Origin: a virus
Reading direction: 5' to 3' (one strand)
Virus genome (UHGV): UHGV-1363143
Length of the DNA: 64,000 nucleotides
Part shown: positions 1 through 8,420 of the stretch, in pieces
Numbering within the stretch: the stretch's first letter is position 1
Layout: each line of letters begins with the position of its first letter
The notes under the pieces: generated by a model
What the model was told of the DNA's origin: nothing
Seen by the model: the letters and a program-made list of their open reading frames with translations, nothing else
Databases searched by the model: none
Program-made: the position numbers and the translations under genes

Positions 1-303
1 CCATCCATTAGGATACTCAGGTATATTAGATTCATCTAATTTAACTACTTTGATGTGAGGCATATCTATAAGCTCTTGAGATAACCATTGTATTCTAAGG
101 TTAACATTAATTTCAGGAATGCCTGATTCTTTACAGATTCTTCTGCTTCTTTCTATATTGTCACTTACTACTACATAAAGTTTTTGAACCTTTGTGGCAG
201 CATTTAATATAGCTGTTAAATGTCCTCTATGTGGAGGAAGGAATTTACCAAAGTAAACTCCAACCTTAGGCATATCATTTAAATTGAAAATTGAACCACT
301 CAT
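1..303 (-). CDS. NMN/NaMN adenylyltransferase domain protein (NadR-like), C-terminus beyond window edge
   Basis: Minus-strand ORF starting with ATG at 303..301. Translation MSGSIFNLNDMPKVGVYFGKFLPPHRGHLTAI... carries the GxFxPxHxGH nucleotidyltransferase motif. Its start directly abuts the pnuC stop. Confidence 0.55.
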   Translation of the reverse strand, partial: MSGSIFNLNDMPKVGVYFGKFLPPHRGHLTAILNAATKVQKLYVVVSDNIERSRRICKESGIPEINVNLRIQWLSQELIDMPHIKVVKLDESNIPEYPNGW

Positions 304-984
304 TTATTTCACCTCTTTTATTTGAGCCTTTTTCCATGAATATAATCCAAATATAGAATTGCATAGGTAAACTATCCACATAATTAATGTAGCCATCTCT
401 CCTACACCATTTATTAAAGAGAATGCCCACATGATTATTGATACTACATTGATAATAACCCATATCACCCATTGCTCCATAAATTGTTTAACCATTAATA
501 TCATTGCAATGATAGATAGAATTGTTGAAGTTGAATCTAAGAATGGTAGATAATTACCTAAAGACTTTAAGAAGAATCCATAGAAAATAACTAAGGAAAC
601 TGATATTCCGACTAATCTAATTCTTCCTTCTGTGCTAAGACTTTTTGATTCTATTTCTCCATCATTCTCTTCCTTAGCTTTCTTCCACATATAAAGACCT
701 ATAAATTGCATAGGCAAGTAATATAACGCATTTAACATTACTTCTCCATAGAAGCTAGCTTGGTAAGATAAAATAGCATAAGTAGAAACATTAATAGCAC
801 CAAATAAATAATTTAATGACATTCTCTTAGCTACTAGGATTACAGATAAGATACCTGTTAATGAAGATACAATCGCTAAGGGACTATCTCCCCAATAAAG
901 GCTTAAACCTAGTGTAGATAATGTCGCAACTGTTACCCATAAAATTTCATAAAGCTTCCAGTTTTTAAATATTGTTTTGTTCAT
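304..984 (-). CDS. pnuC: PnuC-family nicotinamide riboside transporter
   Basis: 226 aa, multi-pass membrane protein rich in Trp and Tyr. Size and hydropathy pattern are typical of PnuC, and it is operonic with the NMNAT-like gene. Confidence 0.55.
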   Translation of the reverse strand: MNKTIFKNWKLYEILWVTVATLSTLGLSLYWGDSPLAIVSSLTGILSVILVAKRMSLNYLFGAINVSTYAILSYQASFYGEVMLNALYYLPMQFIGLYMWKKAKEENDGEIESKSLSTEGRIRLVGISVSLVIFYGFFLKSLGNYLPFLDSTSTILSIIAMILMVKQFMEQWVIWVIINVVSIIMWAFSLINGVGEMATLIMWIVYLCNSIFGLYSWKKAQIKEVK

Positions 985-1082
985 ATACTTTTCTCCTTCG
1001 ATTTTTGTTTCAAAATTATGTTATGTCTTAAAAAATAAAAAGACTACTTTTACGAAAAGCTTCGCAAAAATAGTCATATTTT

Positions 1083-1112
1083 ATTTATAAAAATAGAGAC
1101 TGCTATGCAGTC
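1083..1112 (-). terminator. rho-independent terminator candidate (GACUGC-AUA-GCAGUC then U-rich tract)
   Basis: A 6-bp perfect inverted repeat overlaps the stop codon of the SNF2 helicase gene and is followed by a U-rich tract on the minus strand. Confidence 0.4.
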
Positions 1113-2944
1113 CCTTTAGCTAAACTCTTAATTAGCTCTAAATCATAATTTTCTTTTTTAGCAACAACTTTTAGTTGAATTTCATCCCAACTCTCTTGTG
1201 CTATTAGTTGATATACAAATACGTTATCATGAACGCTATCAGCTCTTTCTAGTCTACCATGTCTCTGTGTCTGAATAGCATAACTACCAGCTATATCATA
1301 TTCAATTAGATATTTGCATTTAGATAAATTTAAACCTTCAGCTCCAGCATCAGATAACAATAATACCTTATAATCTGGATTATCTCTAAATTTATCATAT
1401 ACTTCAACACTTCTTTCTTGTGATGATAATGTTCCATTAACATATGCTATTTTAATGTTTTTATTGTATTTATGGATCCTCTCAGTTATAACGTGTTGCA
1501 TTCTTTCAAATTTTGAAAATACAGCAACCTTTTCTCCTGATTCAACAATTTCTTCTATTAAATCCATAAATAAATCCATCTTAGGATTCTTCTTTGTTTT
1601 CACTACATACTTTTTAGCAAATTCAGAATCACTATCCTCTAAAAGCTTTGGTTCGTTTGCAATTTCTTGAGCAAATGTTTGTAGTGCTAATATTTGAGCT
1701 CCTATTTTTTGAAGCTCAGGATTTAATTTAGCTTCTAGCTCTGTTCTACATTTAGATCTTATTGCGAAATCTTGTTCCTTCAATTCATCTAATTGTTGCA
1801 TGATTGTATTATTCATATCATACTGTTCTTCTGTAAGTGTAACATACCTTTGAATGACCTGTAATTTAGGTAATTGATCACTTATTTCTTCTTTTGATTT
1901 AATCATAATATATGGTCCAATAGTTTTAGTAAGTTTATTGCCGTTACGCACTCCTGCAATCCTGCCTCTCCCTGCCCATTTAATAAATTCAGATGAGAAT
2001 TTACTCCATGAAGGAAATAAGTCTGGTTTAATAAATTTAAAAATTGAATAAACGTTTTCAGGATTTTTTGTAATAGGAGTAGCTGTTGCTCCAACCTTTA
2101 TTTTTGCTTGGAACTCTTGTAACGCTTTTGATCTTTTACTATCTTTTGAACCTATCATGTGAATTTCATCAGCAAAGATAAAATCTAATTTCATTGAATG
2201 AAGTTGTTGACGAATAGTATCATCAAGTAAGGCTTCATAATTAACTACAAACAAATCATGTCCTTCAAACTGTTCTTTAAACTTAGAGGATATCTTTTCT
2301 TCTAATCTTAAATTCTCAAGTTTAATATCACTGATTTTATCTTTGTCTTTTATCTTGTCTAGTGTTTTAATTAACTTTTTATTCTTGTTAATTTTAGACT
2401 TTGTGTATGCTGAAATACTTGATGGCGATTCAACTGCTACAGCTTTTAAGTCACTAAACTTGCTAACTTCATTAACCCATTGAGTTTTTAATGAAGCTTT
2501 TACAACAATTAAGCCTTTTCCTGAAATCATTCCTCTTTCAGTGGCCTCGATAAACATTCCTATTCCTGATGGAGTTTTACCAGCTCCACAAGGCAATACT
2601 AGTAAAGCATTATTATTATCAAGTACGAATTTAATAGCCTCTCTCTGATATATATATGGCTTTAATTTCATGGATAAGCCTATTTCATCAAGTGATTTAT
2701 CGTATCTTCGTATTTTAGGTAAACTGTGTTCTACACTTATGTTTAAATAACTATAAGCATTGATAAAAGATTGAAGATCTTCTTCATACAGTTCCCATTG
2801 TTTAGTGATAAAATTGAAGTGTACAAATGGATTGTACACAACAATATTTAAAAATTCACTAAGTTCAGTTTTTTTGCCCAAGAATTTCAACCTATATTTT
2901 CTAGAAATAACTCTTTCTATTTTTAATAGTTCCATAGGTTGCAT
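1103..2944 (-). CDS. SNF2/DEAD-DEAH family ATP-dependent helicase
   Basis: Walker A LVLPCGAGKT, DEIH box (FADEIHMIG) and C-terminal helicase motif VI QTQRHGRLER. Confidence 0.75.
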   Translation of the reverse strand: MQPMELLKIERVISRKYRLKFLGKKTELSEFLNIVVYNPFVHFNFITKQWELYEEDLQSFINAYSYLNISVEHSLPKIRRYDKSLDEIGLSMKLKPYIYQREAIKFVLDNNNALLVLPCGAGKTPSGIGMFIEATERGMISGKGLIVVKASLKTQWVNEVSKFSDLKAVAVESPSSISAYTKSKINKNKKLIKTLDKIKDKDKISDIKLENLRLEEKISSKFKEQFEGHDLFVVNYEALLDDTIRQQLHSMKLDFIFADEIHMIGSKDSKRSKALQEFQAKIKVGATATPITKNPENVYSIFKFIKPDLFPSWSKFSSEFIKWAGRGRIAGVRNGNKLTKTIGPYIMIKSKEEISDQLPKLQVIQRYVTLTEEQYDMNNTIMQQLDELKEQDFAIRSKCRTELEAKLNPELQKIGAQILALQTFAQEIANEPKLLEDSDSEFAKKYVVKTKKNPKMDLFMDLIEEIVESGEKVAVFSKFERMQHVITERIHKYNKNIKIAYVNGTLSSQERSVEVYDKFRDNPDYKVLLLSDAGAEGLNLSKCKYLIEYDIAGSYAIQTQRHGRLERADSVHDNVFVYQLIAQESWDEIQLKVVAKKENYDLELIKSLAKGTA

Positions 2945-2952
2945 TCCTCCAT

Positions 2953-3792
2953 TTAGTCATGAACTCCAATTATATCTAGCATTTCTTTACAGATATTAAC
3001 TGTTTCTAGCTCAAGATCGTATTTTTCGCAGATATAAATAGCTGATTTTCTGCTCAACAGGTCTTTAGCCAACGAATCTCTTTCTTCTTTATCTATATAG
3101 CATTGTTCATCTAAAGAATCATATAGTAATTTAAATTTCTTACCAAGTCTTTTGTATACCTTAGGAATATACGATTTTGATACCTCTGCTTCCTCGGCTA
3201 TTTCCGCTTGGCTTTTCCCTTTTATTTTAAGAAGATAAACTCTTCTTTCTTTATCTGTGCAGGCATCTATTAGTTCTAATAAAAGGTAAATAAAGTCAAG
3301 CAAGAACTCTTGAAATACTACTACATCATCTATATCACAATTATCTCCCACTAAATTCAAGAGTTCTATACTTTTCTTATCCGAAGAAGGATTAGGAATT
3401 ATAGAATCTAGCGAATAATTCATCTCATTTCTTAATATGTTATTTTTTTGAGCCTCTAAAGAACGTTTAATCATTCCAAGCTTGGACTCACATACTATAA
3501 ATATCCATGATGACAATCCAGATCTATCTAGATCACATTTATTTACATTTTTAAATATGTGCGCCCATAGCTCATTATGCATATCTTCTAGATCGTATTG
3601 ACCTTTACTCAAAGTATTAATGGCTGGATACCACTTTTTAGATATATCCCACACTAATCTATCATACTCTTCATAAAATATAGTTGTTTCCGGTTCTTTA
3701 CCATCAATAACACACTTCAGAAATTCTTTATTGCTATTAATATTTTTTAAATTCATAATTCTCCTCCCCATTTTACAGACACTATTCTGCAT
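2953..3792 (-). CDS. sigma-70 family RNA polymerase sigma factor-like protein
   Basis: The C-terminus (RVYLLKIKGKSQAEIAEEAEVSKSYIPKVYKRL) resembles the region 4.2 helix-turn-helix. A region-2-like segment lies upstream. Confidence 0.5.
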   Translation of the reverse strand: MQNSVCKMGRRIMNLKNINSNKEFLKCVIDGKEPETTIFYEEYDRLVWDISKKWYPAINTLSKGQYDLEDMHNELWAHIFKNVNKCDLDRSGLSSWIFIVCESKLGMIKRSLEAQKNNILRNEMNYSLDSIIPNPSSDKKSIELLNLVGDNCDIDDVVVFQEFLLDFIYLLLELIDACTDKERRVYLLKIKGKSQAEIAEEAEVSKSYIPKVYKRLGKKFKLLYDSLDEQCYIDKEERDSLAKDLLSRKSAIYICEKYDLELETVNICKEMLDIIGVHD

Positions 3793-5032
3793 ATCTATAC
3801 ATATATTGCTTGTCTATTTCTGTAACAAATCTCGACTCTTGAGTCCTGATATAGCTTCCTTGCTTAAGCGTATAAATAGGCCTTGTAATAAAAAGGAGTT
3901 TTTTTGCTCGTGTAACGGCAACATACATTAACCTTCGTTCTTCTTCGTAATCTGCCTCTGTAGTTGCTCTATATGAAGGTATTACTCCCTCATTTGATCC
4001 TGCAATAATAACAATATTCCATTCCAATCCTTTACTGCTATGCATAGTTAATAACTGTACGCAGTTCTCTTCATCCTGATTTTGTTCTGCAATAGTGCTA
4101 TCTAAATTTATATTGTCGGATAATTCTTCCATACTTTCAAAGTGAGTGGCTAATTCTATTAGCTCTTGAATATTTTCTATTCTATCGTCAGCAATGTTTT
4201 TCTTTTCACTCTCTCTGATATAAGGAATATAACCTGTTATTCTTAGCATAGTCTCTATTGCAATGTCTGGAGTGTTAGTCTCCATTTCTACAGATAGTTC
4301 CCCTACTATATCAAGAAAATCTTTAGCACTTGACTTTGCTTTTCCTGTTAAATTTATTTGCTCTAATGCTTCAATTAAATTACATGAATTTGTTTTTGCA
4401 AAGTCAATTATTTTCTCGACTGTTTTGTCTCCTAGTCCTCTTTTTGGTGTGTTTATTGCTCTTGAGAAAGCAATTGTATCATTAGGGTTTATTATTAACC
4501 TAAAATAAGAAATTATATCTTTAATTTCTTTTCTACTATAAAAGTTGGTTCCTCCTACAATTTTATAAGGAATTCTATATTTAAGAAGAGCATCTTCTAT
4601 TTGTCTAGATAGATAGTTCATTCTATATAAAATAGCTATATCACTGTACTTGTAACCATATTTTTTAACTGATAATTCAATTAATTTAACTATTCTTGCT
4701 GATTCTGCCATAGGATCTTTTTCAGGAAAAAATATAATTGGATTACCTTTTTCATTATTAGATCTTAAGCTTTTTTCTACTAGCTGTTTATTATTACTTA
4801 TTAAACTTTTAGAAGCGTCAACTATCATTGAAGTACTTCTATAATTAGTATTTAATAGATGTACTCTCATGCCAGTAAATATGTTTCTCATATTCATTAC
4901 AGCTTCTATCTTAGCACCTCTAAAAGCATAAATGCTCTGGTCATTATCAGCAATCATACAAATATTTTGGTTTTCTCCTGTAAGAAGATATATTAATCTT
5001 AAATCCATTACAGAAGAATCATGACTCTCATC
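3782..5032 (-). CDS. UvrD/PcrA-family helicase, exon 2 (motif II D-E onward, motifs III-VI)
   Basis: DESHDSSVMDLRLIYLLTGENQNICMIADNDQSIYAFRGA aligns with UvrD DEFQDTN...GDDDQSIYGWRGA, and NTNYRST is also present. Reading frame is continuous with exon 1 after removal of 5033..5613. Confidence 0.75.
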   Translation of the reverse strand, partial: DESHDSSVMDLRLIYLLTGENQNICMIADNDQSIYAFRGAKIEAVMNMRNIFTGMRVHLLNTNYRSTSMIVDASKSLISNNKQLVEKSLRSNNEKGNPIIFFPEKDPMAESARIVKLIELSVKKYGYKYSDIAILYRMNYLSRQIEDALLKYRIPYKIVGGTNFYSRKEIKDIISYFRLIINPNDTIAFSRAINTPKRGLGDKTVEKIIDFAKTNSCNLIEALEQINLTGKAKSSAKDFLDIVGELSVEMETNTPDIAIETMLRITGYIPYIRESEKKNIADDRIENIQELIELATHFESMEELSDNINLDSTIAEQNQDEENCVQLLTMHSSKGLEWNIVIIAGSNEGVIPSYRATTEADYEEERRLMYVAVTRAKKLLFITRPIYTLKQGSYIRTQESRFVTEIDKQYMYRYAE

Positions 5033-5613
5033 CTTTTTTGTAAATCTAATTAATAATATAATGTTTCATCTTTTTAGAATAATCTCCTTTCAACACGAAC
5101 TTACGTTCTTATCATATTTTAGCATATTTCCAATATATACTCAATAATAAATACATTTAACAAAAGTATTTATTATTCACAAAAAAAGCGTAACATTAAC
5201 AATAATATTAGATTTTTCTTACTTTCGCAAGTGTGGACTATATCATCATCTCATAATTACTAATTTTAGCCCTATTGCTAGTTCTAGTTTTATGAGAATG
5301 CCTCTTGTTTCACGCAGAGTTACCTTTCGGCACTTTGCTAGTCTCTGAACCTTCTTCCACCCTGGCATATAATTATATGTTACATTGGAAGCTTGGCTGC
5401 TGATTCCCCATTATTAAGGTCCTTAGCACCATCATATTTAATGATAGCTTTTATTTCAGCTTAGACTATCCTTAGTTATTTTTTCTGCCTTTCGGCGACA
5501 TTCACGCTTGTCCTTACGGACTACGTTGTAGTTAACTTAGGCTTTAGGGATTGTTCCAGCAATTAAAGAGGTACGCACACTACGTCACCGTAATATGGGC
5601 CGATGAGTTCAGC
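5033..5613 (-). mobile_element. ORF-less group I self-splicing intron (581 nt) interrupting the UvrD-like helicase gene
   Basis: The 5' exon ends in U and the intron ends in G. On the minus-strand RNA I can read a P element UUAAUUGCUGGAA, a Q element GGGAAUCAGCAGCC, P7 GUUCAGAGACUAGCA and P7' GAUAUAGUCC. GC content is raised relative to flanks, and an in-frame stop falls shortly after the 5' splice site. Confidence 0.75.
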
Positions 5614-6258
5614 AACGATATATTGGTATTGTCTATTGATTTCAGATTTGACTTCAGGGAATTGTTCTAACAATCTAACCGTCTTATAAATTAAATCATC
5701 AAAATCTACACAGTTATCTTGCATCATTCTGGAATGATAGAGTTGATAGAGTTCTGCGAATTGTCTTTCTATTGTATTGGTTGATTCTCTCAACGCTTGA
5801 CTTGGACTTATTAGCTGACATTTATAATCTGATATTTTCCATAATACCTTATCAGCTTCAAAATTGTAACCAGATGTTTTAATGATTTCTTTCATTAATT
5901 TCTTGCAATCTTCAGTATCGCATATACTAAAAGATTTAGTAAGTCCAATATAATTTGCATATTTTCTTAAAAATCTACTGCATACACTATGGTATGTACC
6001 GACCATTATACTATTTGCTTCAGGTCCTATAGTAGCAGTTACTCTTTCTTTGATTTCCATAGCTGCTTTCTTAGTAAATGTAAATAATATAATTTTATCA
6101 GCCGGTATTCCGCTTTTAATCATGTTAGCTGTTCGAACTACTAAGGTAAAAGTCTTACCAGCTCCTGGACCAGCTATAACCATTGAAGGTCCATGAATAT
6201 CTATTGCGGCTTCCTTTTGTTCATCATTAAGTCTATTAAATAATTCTGATAGTTCCAT
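5614..6258 (-). CDS. UvrD/PcrA-family helicase, exon 1 (Walker A, motif Ia, up to motif II ...QYQYIV)
   Basis: AGPGAGKT Walker A, TFTKKAAMEI motif Ia. Ends with ...RQYQYIV, matching UvrD ...RFTNILV immediately before the DE of motif II. Confidence 0.75.
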
Positions 6259-6307
6259 TTTAAGCCTCCAAATAAAAAAGGGGAGTTGTTTAATACTCCC
6301 TCAATAC

Positions 6308-6511
6308 TTAATTCAATTTTATAGTAACTGGTGATGAGGGATCTGCTTCATAAAATTCTTTTGTTTTTTCTTTTGATACAATTGTTCCACCTAATGCAAG
6401 CTCTAAATCTTTAGTTCTTTCTATACATGAAGTACCTGCAAATCCTTCCTTAGCTTGAAATGTATATCCACCTTTTTCATTTATTCTTATTTCAACTGTT
6501 TCTTTTCTCAT
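6308..6511 (-). CDS. hypothetical small protein
   Basis: 67-aa ORF, operonic with neighbours. Confidence 0.4.
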   Translation of the reverse strand: MRKETVEIRINEKGGYTFQAKEGFAGTSCIERTKDLELALGGTIVSKEKTKEFYEADPSSPVTIKLN

Positions 6512-6520
6512 GATTGCCTC

Positions 6521-7243
6521 CTAGTTTTCAATATCTTTTAATATTGCCTCAACAGTTTCTTTTGCTATTGACGCAAGATTGATATCATAAGAAATAGTAT
6601 TAAAATAATCATCATCATTTAATACATTTCTATTTGGATATCTTTTTAAAACAAGTTTATTCTCTCCAATATTGTTTTCTATTTCTTCTAGTAAAATTAT
6701 TGGAGCATTATCTAGCTTCACTACTACTCCATTTGGAAAATTATCATCATTTCTTTTGAAAGTTAATTCTCCTACTATAGTATTAATTACTAATTCTTTT
6801 ACCTCTGCCATATTTTCAATATAATTTTCAAGATCTGTTTTAAATTTTTGCAACTGTTTTGTTCTATCTTCTGTATTTAGTTGCAAAAACATTAATAGGC
6901 TATCAAAATCATATTTATCAATATAACTCATAGTATTGCTCATAATATTGTATGGCAATATTATCATTTTCACATTATCATAACCATCTTCTTTGTTTTT
7001 CGATTTAATTGCATCCTCTATATTATTTGTATATAAGAATTTAGATAAATCACTATATTTATCATAATATATTAGTGCAGTTGCTTTTGGTAACTCATCT
7101 GATTTATTAACTAATTGTTTAACTATAAATTCAATACTATCGTTTAAATATACTGACAGAGTATGAACGTTATTAATTTTTTGTTTAAGTATAGTAACTG
7201 TTCCTATATCTGTATATAATTTCATCTCGATTTTATCTATCAT
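6521..7243 (-). CDS. hypothetical protein
   Basis: 240-aa ORF. Confidence 0.5.
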   Translation of the reverse strand: MIDKIEMKLYTDIGTVTILKQKINNVHTLSVYLNDSIEFIVKQLVNKSDELPKATALIYYDKYSDLSKFLYTNNIEDAIKSKNKEDGYDNVKMIILPYNIMSNTMSYIDKYDFDSLLMFLQLNTEDRTKQLQKFKTDLENYIENMAEVKELVINTIVGELTFKRNDDNFPNGVVVKLDNAPIILLEEIENNIGENKLVLKRYPNRNVLNDDDYFNTISYDINLASIAKETVEAILKDIEN

Positions 7244-7296
7244 GTATTCGCTCCCCCAATATCTTTAAGGTTATCACTTCAGTCTTTTAAATTATA

Positions 7297-7707
7297 TTAT
7301 ACTACATAACGACTTGCTTGTATAACAATTTCCTTTGTCTTACTATCTATGGATATATCTTCCTTGTTTATTGTCCATCCTTGTTTTTCACATTGAAAAA
7401 TTACATCATGCTTTTTATAAGCTTGTGATAATCTATCTATAAAAGTCTTTTCATCTATTCCTGTACAGAAGAAATCACCAGCTACTTCTAGGTTAGTGTT
7501 TTTTCCTTCTTTTATGAATTTTATTCCTATTGATAATGGCTTCCCATCTCTAACGAATCCAGCGTCAACTTTTTCTGTTATCCAAGTATTTTGAATTAAC
7601 TTAATATCATGGTCTATAGTTAATCCTAAATCTTTTGCTGCTCTTGATAATAATGTTTTTTTACAGTTTACTAATACTTTTGAATTATAAGTTGTTAAAT
7701 GTGACAT
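7297..7707 (-). CDS. hypothetical protein
   Basis: 136-aa ORF. Confidence 0.45.
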   Translation of the reverse strand: MSHLTTYNSKVLVNCKKTLLSRAAKDLGLTIDHDIKLIQNTWITEKVDAGFVRDGKPLSIGIKFIKEGKNTNLEVAGDFFCTGIDEKTFIDRLSQAYKKHDVIFQCEKQGWTINKEDISIDSKTKEIVIQASRYVV

Positions 7708-8033
7708 TGAGATCTCTCCTTTTGTTTTAAAAAATATTTATATTTCTTCCCATTTAGGGATACATACATATTATTATGACTTGTTTTACTTAAGTGAAGT
7801 TTTAAAGCTGGTATATAATGTTTAGCAGCAAATACTTCTCTTAAACCATTTTTCGAATTATAGAATATTGGCATATATTCTATTTGATTACTTTCTAAAT
7901 AATCTAAAATTATTACTTTTGTTAATGTGCTATGAGGTTTCCCATTCATACTATATAATCCAAATGCTTCAGCTATTTCTTTTGGATATAACATATGCTC
8001 TTCAGTTTTTATTTCTAAATAAAACTTATACAT
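7695..8033 (-). CDS. hypothetical protein
   Basis: 112-aa ORF. Confidence 0.45.
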   Translation of the reverse strand: MYKFYLEIKTEEHMLYPKEIAEAFGLYSMNGKPHSTLTKVIILDYLESNQIEYMPIFYNSKNGLREVFAAKHYIPALKLHLSKTSHNNMYVSLNGKKYKYFLKQKERSQCHI

Positions 8034-8410
8034 TAGAATGGATCATCTTTTTGATTAGATATATATTTATTGATTAAATCTTTATACATATCTTCTCTCA
8101 TAGCTAAATAATCTTGTTCAGAAATAAATGGTGGTCTATTTCCTTCAAAAATAGGTTTTACTAATGATTCTAATATTTCTTTTACAAGAAAAAATCTTAC
8201 TTGTTCTCCCATAACATCATTAAATATTTTTTTAAATGCAGCTAAACTCGATACCTTTTTCACAAATTCATTTGCAAGATTTTCATATTCTTTGATTTCT
8301 TTATATCCATTTGCTTGTACTATTTTTAACTTATTTAATGCTTCTGGATTATCAGCATTAGCTACTGGCTCTGTTTTTTTTAAGCTTATGTTAATAACAT
8401 TTGATGACAT
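8033..8410 (-). CDS. hypothetical protein
   Basis: 125-aa ORF. Confidence 0.45.
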   Translation of the reverse strand: MSSNVINISLKKTEPVANADNPEALNKLKIVQANGYKEIKEYENLANEFVKKVSSLAAFKKIFNDVMGEQVRFFLVKEILESLVKPIFEGNRPPFISEQDYLAMREDMYKDLINKYISNQKDDPF

Positions 8411-8420
8411 ACATTACCTC

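Noticed and set aside
1455-1670. Various 60-125-aa plus-strand ORFs embedded in long minus-strand genes (e.g. 1455, 4263, 9739, 20128, 23811, 26766, 28239, 40167, 61336)
   Set aside because: They are entirely contained within motif-supported genes on the opposite strand, have no RBS, and show biased AT-rich antisense composition.
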